A stretch of 64,000 bases of DNA from Octopus vulgaris (lineage: Eukaryota). The notes below the pieces were generated by a model, which saw only the letters and a program-made list of their open reading frames with translations, made no database searches and was not told the origin of the DNA. Positions 39,426 through 51,292 of the stretch are shown one piece after another (the first letter of the stretch is position 1; every line of letters starts with the position of its first letter). Position numbers and translations under genes: made by a program. The DNA is taken from assembly GCA_951406725.2 (NCBI GenBank), contig OX597815.1:55056001-55120000 (forward strand), read 5' to 3'.

Positions 39426-40079
39426 ATTAAATATTAACTCTATTAATAATAAGAAAAGTGGGCCAATTTCTTGAAGAATGGATATACTTTTCTCTACCTA
39501 CTGAGATTTGAATAGAAAATGATCTTATGGAAATGATACCATCTCTTGTGGTGAAGCATCATAGAGCATTGTGATTATGGATATTACAGTGATGTTAAGT
39601 TGCTCCTTCAATGCCCTAAAAGTTGTCTATTCTTTGTTGTACATGATTATATTTCAATACATACCTGTTAATGTGTTTTATCAATTATCCTGAAGGATGA
39701 AAAAAAAAATTGATAGAACAGACCATTACAGTTCTAAATGTATAATATTTCTTATATCTGATCATCCTGAAATACAACAATATCTATTTCAACACACGGT
39801 TTCACATCAGGAATCTTGCAACACAAATTTATTTCTTATATCTTTCTTCAATTTCTAAAGCCGCTTTTGTCTGATTGGAATGGAATGATAAATAGGCATA
39901 TATTCTTCTCTTCTATGTTTTACTTGTTTCAGCCATTAGATTGTGGCCAAGCAGAGTCACTATTTTGACAGGTTTTAGTTGAATAAATTGCCCCCATTAT
40001 GTCTTTTAAGTTACGGGGATTTAAACATCACTTGTGTGAGAGGAAGGTAACAAAGACACACACATAAATTTTACATATA

Positions 40080-40471
40080 GGCGCAGTAGTGGCTGTGTGG
40101 TAATTAGCTTGCTTACCAACCACATAGTTCTGGATTCAGTCCCACTGTGTGGCACCTTGGGCAAGTGTCTTCTACTATAGCTGCAGGCCGACCAAAGCCT
40201 TGTGAGTGGATTTGGTAGACGGAAACTGAAAGAAGCCCATCATATGTATGTATATATATGTGTATGTGCATGTATGTCTGTGTTTGTCCCCGCAACATCG
40301 CTTGACAACTGATGCTGGTGTGTTTACATACCCGTAACTTAGCGGTCCGGCAAAAGAGACCGATAGAATAAGTACTAGGCCTACAAAGAATAAGTCCTGG
40401 GGTCGATTTGCTCGACTAAAGGCAGTGCTCCAGTATGGCCACAGTCAAATGACTGAAACAAGTAAAAGAGT
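40080..40471 (+). mobile_element. tRNA-derived SINE, family A, full length
   Basis: TGGCTGTGTGG A box, GGATTCAGTCCC B box, (TG) middle, CR1-like tail; several copies in the window. Confidence 0.88.
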
Positions 40472-40477
40472 ATGTAT

Positions 40478-42080
40478 ATGAGGTGGGTACGCCAAAAAAC
40501 AGATTTTCCAATATTATTCTATTTTCTAAGCTTTACACTTTTACGTGGTTTCACTTTTATTGCCTTCATAGTATTCTCCATTTGAAGCAATGCATCAGTC
40601 CACACAGATTTCCACTGTTTGAAGCAGCGCTGAAACTCTTGCAAAGCGATGCCTTTTAGTGCCTCCATAATTTTTTCTTCTCCTCTTCCACATCTGCAAA
40701 AAATGTCTTTTAAGGACTTTTTTCATTCAAGGGAACAAAAAAAAGTTTTGGGGAGCTAGATCAGGTAAATATGGATGGTGAGTGAGCAGGATCGTGCCAT
40801 TTTTGGTCAAAAACTGTCTCTTGCTCAAGATGGTGTGTGCGGGTGCATTGTCGTGATGAAACCGCCACTCTCCACTTTGCCACAGGTCTGACCAGGAGGA
40901 ACAAATTCTGTGTGAACAATTCCTTTCGCATCGATGAAACAAATCAGCATCATCATCATCATCGTTTAGCATCCGCTTTCCATGCTGGCATGGGTTGGAC
41001 GGTTCAACTGGGGTCTGGGAAGCCAGAAGGCTGCACCAGGCCCAGTCTGATCTGGCAATGTTTCTACGGCTTGATGCCCTTCATAACGCCAACCACTCCA
41101 TGAGTGTAGTGGGTGCTTTTTACGTGCCACCGGCACAGGTGCCAGACAAGGCTGGCAAACGGCCACGATCGGATGGTGCTTTTTACGGCATGGAGGCCAG
41201 GCGAGGCTGGCAACGGCCACAATCGGACGGTGCTTTTTATGTGTCACCGGCATTGAGGCCAGGTGAGGCTGGCAATGGCCACAATTGGATGGTGCTTTTT
41301 ACATGCCACTGGCACGGAGGCCATTCGGGGCGGCGCTGGCAAAGGCCACGTTCAGATGGTTCTCTTATGTGCCACCGACACTGGTATCACAGCTACGATT
41401 TCCATTGATATTGATCGATTTTGTGGAGACAAGGTAACATTGAATGCTTCCACTGATTTGATTGCTACTTTGTTTGTGGGTCCTAGCCACAGCAGCAGCT
41501 TCTGTCACCAGTGATGACCTTCAAGAAAAGGTCCGGATCAACTTCCAACTGTTCTTTCAGTTTACGACATGCATTCAGTCATGACTGCCTTTGATCTTCC
41601 ATGAGCAAACAAGGCACAAATTTTGCTGCAAACTCTCTTCATTCACAATTCCTCACTCAAAATTCATTGGCAGGAACTCCAGGACACACCAGTCATATCA
41701 ACAAGTTTATCAATTGTTTGGTGACAGCCCTCCAAGATCAGTTTATGAATTTTCATGATGTTTTCATTCATTCAGAAGGTTGACAATCGCCCTAAATGAG
41801 GTTGGTCTTCAAGCAGCAAGGGACCATTCCTAGAACATGAAAATCACTCATAACCTTGTGTTTTGCTCATGGCAGCTGCCTTGTAAGCTGTTTAAAGCAT
41901 GACAACTGTTTCAGTCGCCATTTTTCCCTGCAAAAGACGGAATTTCAAGGAAGCATGCTATATGAAAGTTGCCAGACTGATGCCTGAGGGTCGCATCATG
42001 TGGCTTCTAGTGGCAGAAGCCTGAACTGCAAGGGGCTTGTCCCACAGAATGTTTCCAATTACGTGTTTGTACCCCATCAT
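40478..42080 (-). mobile_element. Degraded mariner transposon split by an RTE insertion
   Basis: Minus-strand HHDNAPAH and HPYLPDLAPQNFFLFP; VITGD near 41505; weak terminal inverted repeats. Confidence 0.8.
40948..41415 (-). mobile_element. RTE 3' UTR fragment nested in mariner
   Basis: (CAT)n then the reverse complement of the RTE tail and ~60-bp repeats. Confidence 0.88.
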
Positions 42081-42094
42081 ATATATATACATTC

Positions 42095-43032
42095 ATTTAT
42101 TTGTTTCAGTCTTTGGATTTCAGCCATGCTGGAGCACCACCTTGGAAAGTTTTAGTCAAACAAATCAACCTCAGGACTTCGTTTTTTAAGCTTAGTACTT
42201 ATTCTGTTGGTCTCTTTTGCCAAACCGCTAAGTTTCAGGGACATAAACACTCCAACACCAGTTGCCAAGCAGTGGTGGGGGCCACAAAGGCACATATGCA
42301 CAGTTACATTCATACGTAGTCTGATCAATAAGTATCCGGACTACTGCCATAATAACAAAGCTAAAGCACACAGAGTGAAGCCACTTGGCACAGATTGACC
42401 TTGATCTCTGTTGTACATGCGCACTAGATTTTAACATTCTAGTTCGCTTGTGCTGTTTACAGTAGTGCTTGGAAGGAATGTATGTAGCATGTAATTGTCA
42501 CATTGACCATGTCCAACAGCCACTGTATTCCTTCAATCTCACCCCTTGCAGCTTTTTCCTCTTCCAATTTGATTTTCCAAAAATCAAATCTTGCTTTAAA
42601 TGAAGAAGATTTCAGGACGTCAAGGAAATCAAAGTGAATGAATGTGACAAGGCAGCTGCTGGTTATCCCCCAAAACGAGTTCTATTAATGCTTCCATCAA
42701 TGGAAACAGTGCTGGATTAAGTGTGTAGCTTCCAAAGGGGACTACGTTGAAGGAGATTAAATGCCAAATTAGTATACATTGTAGTTTTGTTTTTATGGCA
42801 CCAGTCCAGATATTTATTGATCAGTCCTTGTGTATATATATATATACACACACAAACACACACACATATATGACAGGCTTCTATCAGTTTCTTTTTACCG
42901 ACTCTACTAACAAGGCTTTGGTTGGCCCAAGGCTATAGTAGAAGGCACTTGCCCAAGGTGACATGCAGTGAGACCAAACCCAGAAAAATGTGGTTGAGAA
43001 GCAAGCTTCTTACTACACAGCCATGCCTGCAC
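42095..43032 (-). mobile_element. SINE family A split by a mariner derivative
   Basis: 3' half at 42095-42295 and 5' half at 42840-43032. Confidence 0.75.
42313..42832 (+). mobile_element. Internally deleted mariner (MITE-like)
   Basis: TIRs GTCTGATCAATAAGTATCCGGACT / AGTCCAGATATTTATTGATCAGTC; degenerate YSPDLAP-like PLYSFNLTPCSFFLF. Confidence 0.8.
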
Positions 43033-43290
43033 CTAAAAATATATGATGGGCTTTCATGCAGTTTCCACCTACCACATTCGTTCACAAGACATTGGTTGGC
43101 TTATGGCCACAGTAGAGCCTGAAACCATATGGTTATAAAGTGAGTATTTTAACCACAGTCATGCCTGCACCTATAAAATTTAACTTTCCTGGGTGGACAA
43201 AAATTAAATTTGTCTGAGGTAGTTTTAAGTGTTGGTCTTTAACTATGGCTTGTAATGTGAAGGAGACGAAAAGTAAATCTTTCCCTTATT

Positions 43291-44100
43291 AAAACAGTTT
43301 TATCACAATTGGCAAGGGCCAGAAAAAACCCATCCTGTTTCAGTTTATTGATGATCACAACGTAGAATTAGTTACTTGAACAAATTCTTAATGAAATACC
43401 TGCTATGTCTTTGAACTGATAATCCACTATTTATTCCAATGATCATTTTATTTCTATATTATAGAAATAGTTTGCCTATAATCATTAACATTGTGTTCTA
43501 TTTCTCTTGCATGAAATTAACAAGCTTTTCTTTCATAAATTGAAAGTTTTTACTATAGAATTGCAAAAATGTGTTTTCACCTTTGTTCTTCATTTAAATC
43601 TTATTTGAATTGACTTGGCCTTTAAATCTCAGAGATTTATAAAATTTGCAGTTGATAGTTGATTATAACAATTATGATTGTTTTTATCTTTGTTTAAAAC
43701 AGTTTTATCACAATTGGCAAGGGCCAGAAAAAACCCATCCTGTTTCAGTTTATTGATGATCACAACGTAGAATTAGTTACTTGAACAAATTCTTAATGAA
43801 ATACCTGCTATGTCTTTGAACTGATAATCCACTATTTATTCCAATGATCATTTTATTTCTATATTATAGAAATAGTTTGCCTATAATCATTAACATTGTG
43901 TTCTATTTCTCTTGCATGAAATTAACAAGCTTTTCTTTCATAAATTGAAAGTTTTTACTATAGAATTGCAAAAATGTGTTTTCACCTTTGTTCTTCATTT
44001 AAATCTTATTTGAATTGACTTGGCCTTTAAATCTCAGAGATTTATAAAATTTGCAGTTGATAGTTGATTATAACAATTATGATTGTTTTTATCTTTGTTT
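43291..44100. repeat. 405-bp tandem duplication
   Basis: AAAACAGTTTTATCACAATTGG begins at 43291 and 43696; copies appear identical. Confidence 0.95.
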
Positions 44101-44127
44101 AAATTTGGTTTTCTTTGTCTTTATCAG

Positions 44128-44292
44128 GGAGCCACACCTAAAGATGGACCAAGTGCAGGATGTACCATTGTAACTGCCTTGATATCACTTGCCCTCAACC
44201 GTCCTGTACGTCAAAATGTTGCTATGACTGGTGAAATATCTCTGATGGGCAATGTTTTACCTGTAGGGGGAATCAAAGAGAAAACTATAGCA
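44128..44292 (+). CDS. LONP1: Mitochondrial Lon protease, catalytic Ser-Lys dyad exon
   Basis: CAG acceptor; [18 protein letters not shown]...[24 protein letters not shown]; GTAAGT donor; 165 nt, phase 0-0. Confidence 0.97.
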
Positions 44293-45144
44293 GTAAGTCT
44301 TAATTTTATATATCAACATACGTATATTCCTTTGTTTATTTTGCCTGTCCATTTTTTTTTTATGCTAGCACCTTGTAGACAAATGTATTACTGAGGCATT
44401 GTATTTTCACAGTCAGGGCCACTTCCTATCACAAAACCTTAAATGTTGTTTAAGTAAAGGATGTCTTGTTTTGCACATCTTTAAGGTACATCCAGCTGAC
44501 AATTTGTTGGCAGGAGAATTAACATCATCATTGCTTGTAGCTCACAATTTTTGAAGAAGTACAAATGTTGACTAACACACAGATATACAAACATGCATAC
44601 ATATATAATATATACAGCGTGTGGTTGATAAACTGTCATATAAATTATGCAGAAAAGAAAATTACAATGACTTTTCCATTCATCCTAAGTATTAAACTAA
44701 TACACCTGCTTGTTATTCCTATACATGTCTTCGTCTTTTGTTTTCTGTAAATTTGAACTATATAGTCACCATGATTAATCGCTAAATCCACAAATTTTTT
44801 ATTCTCTCTGTTTATTTCCTTGTGTTCCTTTCTGTTAAAGAGCATAGGCTAGAAACGCTCTTCATCAGAAAGGATTAAGAGGTAAAAAAGGGGGAGAGAA
44901 TGAAAAAAATGTGTAGGGATTATATACTTGCTGTGTGCCAGGCAATTTTCACAATAGAACGCCTTTATTTCAATTTTTTAATTCTATGTCCTCCCTGATA
45001 GACAGGCCTCTTGATCAGGACAGATTTCTGCACTATATGGGGCAATTTTTAATGTCCCCATAAACAGTGTGTTTAGGAAGTAAACTTTTTAACTACACAG
45101 CTATACCTGCTCCCACACACACACATTCACATATATATATAAGA

Positions 45145-45456
45145 AAAGAAATGATAAAGGAAAAATGATTTTCTTACGATCTTCATTAACTTACAGCTGT
45201 TCCACTGTAAGATGAGGTGAACTCATTGTTGAGTGCCTGAGTGACACCTTACAGTTTCATCAGAGCTTCAAATATGGAGTGCAATTTATTTAGGAAAACG
45301 AATATCTTTAAGTATATATACAAGAAAGTATTACCAATGAGACAGCATATATGCTTTCTCACTGGTGTTCAACTGAGTTCACTACATCTTATAATGGAAA
45401 CAGCTATAAGTTAATGAAGTTCATAAGAACATCGATTACTCCTTTCTCATCTCTTG
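45145..45456. repeat. ~80-bp imperfect inverted repeat with a degenerate minus-strand hammerhead motif
   Basis: 45145-45227 pairs with 45373-45456; minus strand reads AGCT-CTGATGA-stem II-GGAAC-AGCT-GTA-AGTT. Confidence 0.7.
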
Positions 45457-46278
45457 ACTAACACTTCATTCAGAGACATTTATATATTGAGTTCTACACC
45501 AGATTATTAGTATCACAATGCTTAAGTTAGATATGAAAACGTCTATTTGTGAATGTTTATTTCCTGTGCTTTATATGAAAAAGAAATGAGCGTTGATATA
45601 TCCGGTCAAGAAATCAACCACTTTCTCTGCATTCCTGAAGATGAGTGCACTGGAAAATCCCTTCTTTGAAAAACAGGTATGGCTTAGTGACAGGAAGAAC
45701 ATCTGACTTTAAATTAATTCTTCAGTAATATGTATTCAGCTAACCCATGCTAGCATGGTAAAACAGATATAGAGCAAACCCTCATGTCTTATGTTTTATA
45801 CATTGCATGTTCAGAAGCTGAGTATCATTTCTGCTGAAACAATTGGTGAGTAACTTCATACATTGATGCATGTAACTAATGACCACTGTACCACCCAATG
45901 TATTGCACTAAGATTGAACCCCACTACATGGCACCCTGAGCCAGCTAATGCCTTGTGAGATAATCTGATTGATAGAAACTAAAAGAAGCTCATCATGTCT
46001 TTTATCTTTTACTTCTTTTAGTCATTGGACTGCAACCATGATGAGGCACTGCCTTAAGGTTATACTCAAACAAATCATCCCTCTACCCCCAGTACTGTTT
46101 TTAAGTCTGGTTGGTCTTATTTGCTGAAGAGCTAGGTTGACAAAAGAGACTGATAAACTGGCAATGTTTGTTGATATTTTCTATCAGCTAAATTGTCTGT
46201 TAGCTCTGCAATTTTGAATTACTCTGAAACAAAAAAAAATGCCTTACTGGTAAAGCAAGTAATGTTTGGTAAAAGAGA

Positions 46279-48262
46279 TCATCATCATTGTTTAATGTCC
46301 ACTTTCCATGCTGGCATGGAGTGGATGGTTTGACTGAGGACTGGCAAGCCAGTCGGCTGCACCAAGCTCCAATCTGAATGACAAGGTTTCTACAGCTGGA
46401 TGCCCTTCCTAACGTCAACTGCTCTGAGAGTGTAGTGGATGTTTTTTAGTGTACCACTGGTACGGGAGCCAGTCAACTGGCACTGGCATCAACCATGCTC
46501 AAATGACGCTTTTTATGTGTCAGTCAGATGGCACTGGCATTAGCCATAACTTCAATTTTGCTTGACTCAACAGGCCTTCTCAAGCACAGCATATTGCCTG
46601 ACGATTGAAGAGTACTTTTAAATGGGCCAGTTATGCAACACTGGCATCAACCAGAGCTATGATCTCACTTAACTTGCCAGGTCTTCTCAAACACAGCATA
46701 TCTCCAAAGATCTCGGTTACTTGTCATTGCCTCTGTGAGGCCCAACATTCGAAGGTTGTGATTCACCACCTCATCCCATGTCTTCCTGAGTCCACCTCTT
46801 CCACAGGTTCCTTCCACTGTTAGAGTGTAACACCTCTTCACACAGCTGTCCTCATCCATACACAACACATAACTATACAGCAGTCATCTCATGCACACCA
46901 CATCTGTTGCTTTGTATGTTCAACTTTTCTCGGAGCGTTTACACTGTCATATATGCACACTGACATTATACATCCAGTGGAACATACTAGCTTAATTTCT
47001 TACAAGCCTACACATATCCTCAGCAGTCACAGCCCATGTTTCACTGCTGTGTAGCATGGCTGTTTGCATACATGCATCATACAGTCTACCTTTTCACTCT
47101 GAGCAAGAGGCCCTTTGTTACCAGCAGAGGTAGGAGCTCCCTGAACTTTGCCCAAGCTATTCTTATTCTAGCAGCTACACTCTCAGAGCATCCTCCCTCA
47201 CTACTGACTCAGTCACCTAGATAACAGAAGCTATCAACTTCTATTTTTTTTTCCCCAGGCATGTGATGGAATCTGTTTTCTGTACATCTTCAATGTTTAT
47301 TGCCCCTGTGTATCTGCCACACACAAAAACTATCTTCCCAGTTAACCTTCATTTGATATTGCTGCACCTCTTATGTGTCTATAACTTATACCATGTACAT
47401 CTTATGGAGTTTCTACCTTTTCTATAGATTGAGCAGGGCCACATATCTGAAGGAGTTTTTGATTTGTCTTCCTTCCTACTTACTAAGACTTTGGTTTTTG
47501 CTAGATTGATCCTAAGGCTCTTTGATTCTAGTCCTTACTTCCACACCTGAAACTTCTTCTGTAGTTCTAGTAGAGACTCAGCTATTAAAGCAAGGTCATC
47601 AGCATAGAGGAGCTCCCAGGGGAAGCCTGTCTTGAACTCCTCTGTTATTGCCTGGAAGACTGTGATGAATAAGAGTGGACTGAAGACTGATCCTTGGTGA
47701 ACCCCCCACTTCTACCTGGAATTCTTCACTCATTGCCAACGCTCACCTTATCAGTAGCATCCCTCTACATGGCTTGAACAGCAGCTGTTTTACCAGAAAT
47801 ATAGTATCAGTGGTGCTTCTTCCTGGCACAAACCCAAGCTGCATCTCTCCCTGATTAGTTAGGCTATGACCCTCTCCATGACTTTCATCCCTTGATCCAA
47901 CAATATGATACCTCTGTAATTATTCCTATCTAATGCATCACCTTTACCTTTATAGCAGTTGATTATGGTGCTACTACACCAGTCATTGGGTATGACTCCT
48001 TCTTGTAGCACCTGGTTGACTATACAGGTGACTAGACTACAGCCTACACCACCAGCTATTTTAAGCATCTCAGTACTGATTCCTGATGGGCTAGGGGCTT
48101 TCCCTGTCTTCATACACTTAATTGTTTTATCTACCAAGGTACTGTCAATTTGAGTAGCTGGTCCCTCTGTTGAGTCGACATTTCACAGACTCTCTTTCTC
48201 CCATTCATTCTCTTCATTTAGCAATCTTTCATAGTGGCATCTCCAAGCCTCTCTCTTTGAGC
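46279..48262 (-). mobile_element. Old degraded RTE copy
   Basis: KAPSPSG, NYRGI, LYADD, PHD remnants, RKTW and RTE tail on the minus strand. Confidence 0.9.
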
Positions 48263-48731
48263 ATCTTTAAATGCATGTGAGCCAAATGAACAAACATAGT
48301 TTAGGTATATGACTGTCTAACCAATGTACTAATGTCGCAATGATATTGCATATTTTTAAAAGGTGACCTTTGAAAAATGCAACAGCATTGAAACATATAT
48401 AAATAAAGATATATGTATATACATACACACAAGCATACATATGCATATACACACAATATGTGTGTGTGTGTGTGTGTTTGAAATATATTTACTTGTATAT
48501 TTTATTTAAAGTCTGTATTATTCTTAAACATTGTTAACTCATAAACATGCTTCTTTAGATGTGTTTTGAAAGAACCCTCAGTTTAGGAAATATATTTCTG
48601 TTACTGAAGTTCACACACCATAAGGATTTTTTTCCTTGCATTATATATTTTATCATAATTAATCCATAAGCATTTTTCTTAAGAAAATTATAAAACTTTT
48701 TTATAAAATCTAATTATTATTTCTGTTATAG

Positions 48732-48878
48732 GCCAAGCGGGTTGGAGTTGACTGCCTGGTATTACCTGCCGAAAACAGAAAGGATTATTCAGATCTGCCA
48801 GCATTTATTACTGAGGGTCTGGAAGTGCATTTTGTTAATCACTACCGAGATGTATATCATATAGCGTTCCCCCAGTAA
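48732..48878 (+). CDS. LONP1: Mitochondrial Lon protease, last coding exon
   Basis: TAG acceptor; [48 protein letters not shown] then TAA. Not in the ORF track. Confidence 0.96.
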   Translation, partial: AKRVGVDCLVLPAENRKDYSDLPAFITEGLEVHFVNHYRDVYHIAFPQ

Positions 48879-48956
48879 AACGTTGCCATTCTCTAACTGA
48901 CCAGTGGTGCTGTTCATTAGCTGAACATATATGTGCATCAGTATGTATATACATGA

Positions 48957-48996
<40 letters not shown>

Positions 48997-49265
48997 TATA
49001 TACATATATATATATGTGTGTGTGTGTATCAGTGTATATAGAAAGAGAAAGAAAGAGCAGGCATGATGTGACACAACTATTTAAAAATGTGTAATACTCT
49101 TAAGCATTTGTCATTTAGCTCCTAAGATCATTAGCACAATAATCCACTGTTGGTTGTGTATCTAATAGTCAGGTTCGAGGTAAGTGTCTGCTTCAAGAGG
49201 CCAACTTTGTTTTGCCTTCTTGCTTAACCCCCTCCTTCCATGCTTTTTACCTACAACTATATGTA

Positions 49266-49275
49266 AATAAATAAA
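49266..49275 (+). promoter_or_regulatory. Probable LONP1 polyadenylation signal
   Basis: Overlapping AATAAA hexamers about 390 nt after the stop, followed by T/GT-rich sequence. Confidence 0.6.
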
Positions 49276-49815
49276 GAGATATTCATTTTTAAACTTCAGG
49301 TATTCAGTTTCTTTTTGTATACTTTACTATTTAACTGACTTATGTGCATGTAAGTGCTCCCTATTTTATTTGCTTGTAGCTAGAGTCTATTATGTTTGTG
49401 TGTGTGTTGTAGTTTGTGTGCTTGGGGTAAATTGTATAGGCTTTGGTATATCCATATCAGTATCATGCTCTGGATATTTTCAGTCTTCAGTGGAATTTAA
49501 GTATTTTCCTAACTTTGCTTCTCTGCTACTGAGGAACGCTTGTGTGAAACCAAGTATTTTGGACAATGTAGGTTAACACAGTGTTAATCCGTTGTGCTGC
49601 ACACCTGCCCAACACATGCCAGCTTGGAACTATAATCAAGAAACAAAGAATATAATGAAGCTTGTATATACATTATTATCATAAACATCATTTTATATCC
49701 ATCATCCATTCGGGTATAATTTGGATGATTCACCAGGATCCAGTGAATTGGAGGACTGTGTTAAGCTCCAACATATGATTTTACTTAGTTTCTTTGGTTT
49801 AACACCCTTCCTACT

Positions 49816-51272
49816 GTCAGCCACCTTCTCTTCATGGATGATTTAAAACTGTTCACAAAAATAGAGCCTGAAATAAATAGAGAGACTGATTGAGACGGTG
49901 CAGATGTGTAGCAAAGATATAGGGTTGGAATTCGGTTCACTTTGAAACGGGGGAAAATAGTAGATTATAGGGGCATAGAATTGCCAAACAGAGCGAATTG
50001 AAGACCTGGATGATGATGGGTACATGTACCTTCGAATTCTGAAGCTGGACAATATGTTGCACAGAGAAATGAAAGAGAAGGTCACTGCTACATATTTGAA
50101 GTGCCTTAAACTTCTCTAGAAGTCAAAACTCAACACAAAGAACCTCATGACTGACATCAACATATGTGCTGTTGCTGTAGTCCACTGTAGTGCACCCATT
50201 CTGAAATGGACACGAGCGGAGATTAACCAACTTGATCGCATTGCCTAAAAGACAATGACATTGCATGGTGCCTTCCACCCTAAAGCGAACGTACACAGGT
50301 TCTACAGGAAGAGGTGTAAAGGTAGACATGAGCTGGTAGGTGTACGGGAGTGCATCAGCAGTGAAAGAAAAGCATGGTAGAGTATTTGGTAAATAGCAAA
50401 CAAAACCTGCTACAGTATGCTGCTAATGCAGAAGGATTTACTAACAATGGACTTGAAAGTAGTAATGAATTCCAATCACGAATAACTAATGTGAGAGAAA
50501 AAACTCTACTCTACATGGAATTACATGGTGAGTTTCACCGTGAAACTAACAACTTAAAAGACCAGGAAGCATCAAGGAGGTGGCTCAGCAAGGGTGCCCT
50601 TAAAAAGAAGAATGAAAGCCTAATCATCGTTGCCCAGTATCAGGCATTGAATGCTAACTCAGTAAAAGGATATATACTACACATGTGCAACGAACCTATG
50701 CAGAATGTGTGGGAAGAGAGTCGAAAGCGTGATTTACATTGTTAGTGCTTGTGAAAGTCTTGCACAGAAAGAGTACAAGTGAAGACACGACAAAGTAGCC
50801 CAAAACTTTCATTAGCTACTATGCCGGAAGTATGGATACGAGGTAACGGGTGCTTGATACCTACATATACCAGAAAAGATAATGGACGAAAGGGAAGGGA
50901 CATTGACGACCAGACAGACATGGTGTTAAAACACCGAAGGCCGGATATAGTAACCTTTAGGAGGGAGCTGACAGTGCCAGAAGATCAACATATTATCATG
51001 AAAGAGATTGATAAATATGGAGACGTGAGAATTGAGATCGGCAAGATATAGCAGCTCCGAGAGTCAAACATAAAGGTTGTCCCTGTTGTCATCAGAGTAT
51101 TGGGTTCAATACCATCTGGAAACTTTGGAAATATCCTACAATATACGTGTATTGCAAAAATCGGTTTTACATGGAACTGCACTCATATTGCTTAAAGTAC
51201 AAAGCCCAGTAGACACAGTATCTTCAATCAACAGCATCACGATATTGGATGTTGTGTGGCGTCTTAAATAAT
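49816..51272 (+). mobile_element. R4/Dong RLE retrotransposon remnant A
   Basis: HLLFMDDLKLF, RHDKVA, HRRPDI, IDKY; many disruptions. Confidence 0.8.
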
Positions 51273-51292
51273 GAGGAGGAGAAGGAGAAGAA

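Noticed and set aside
38936-44394. ORF-track calls 38936-39193 and 44083-44394 as standalone or bacterial-type lon genes
   Set aside because: Lon similarity stops at GT/AG sites with compatible phases, so these are spliced exons.
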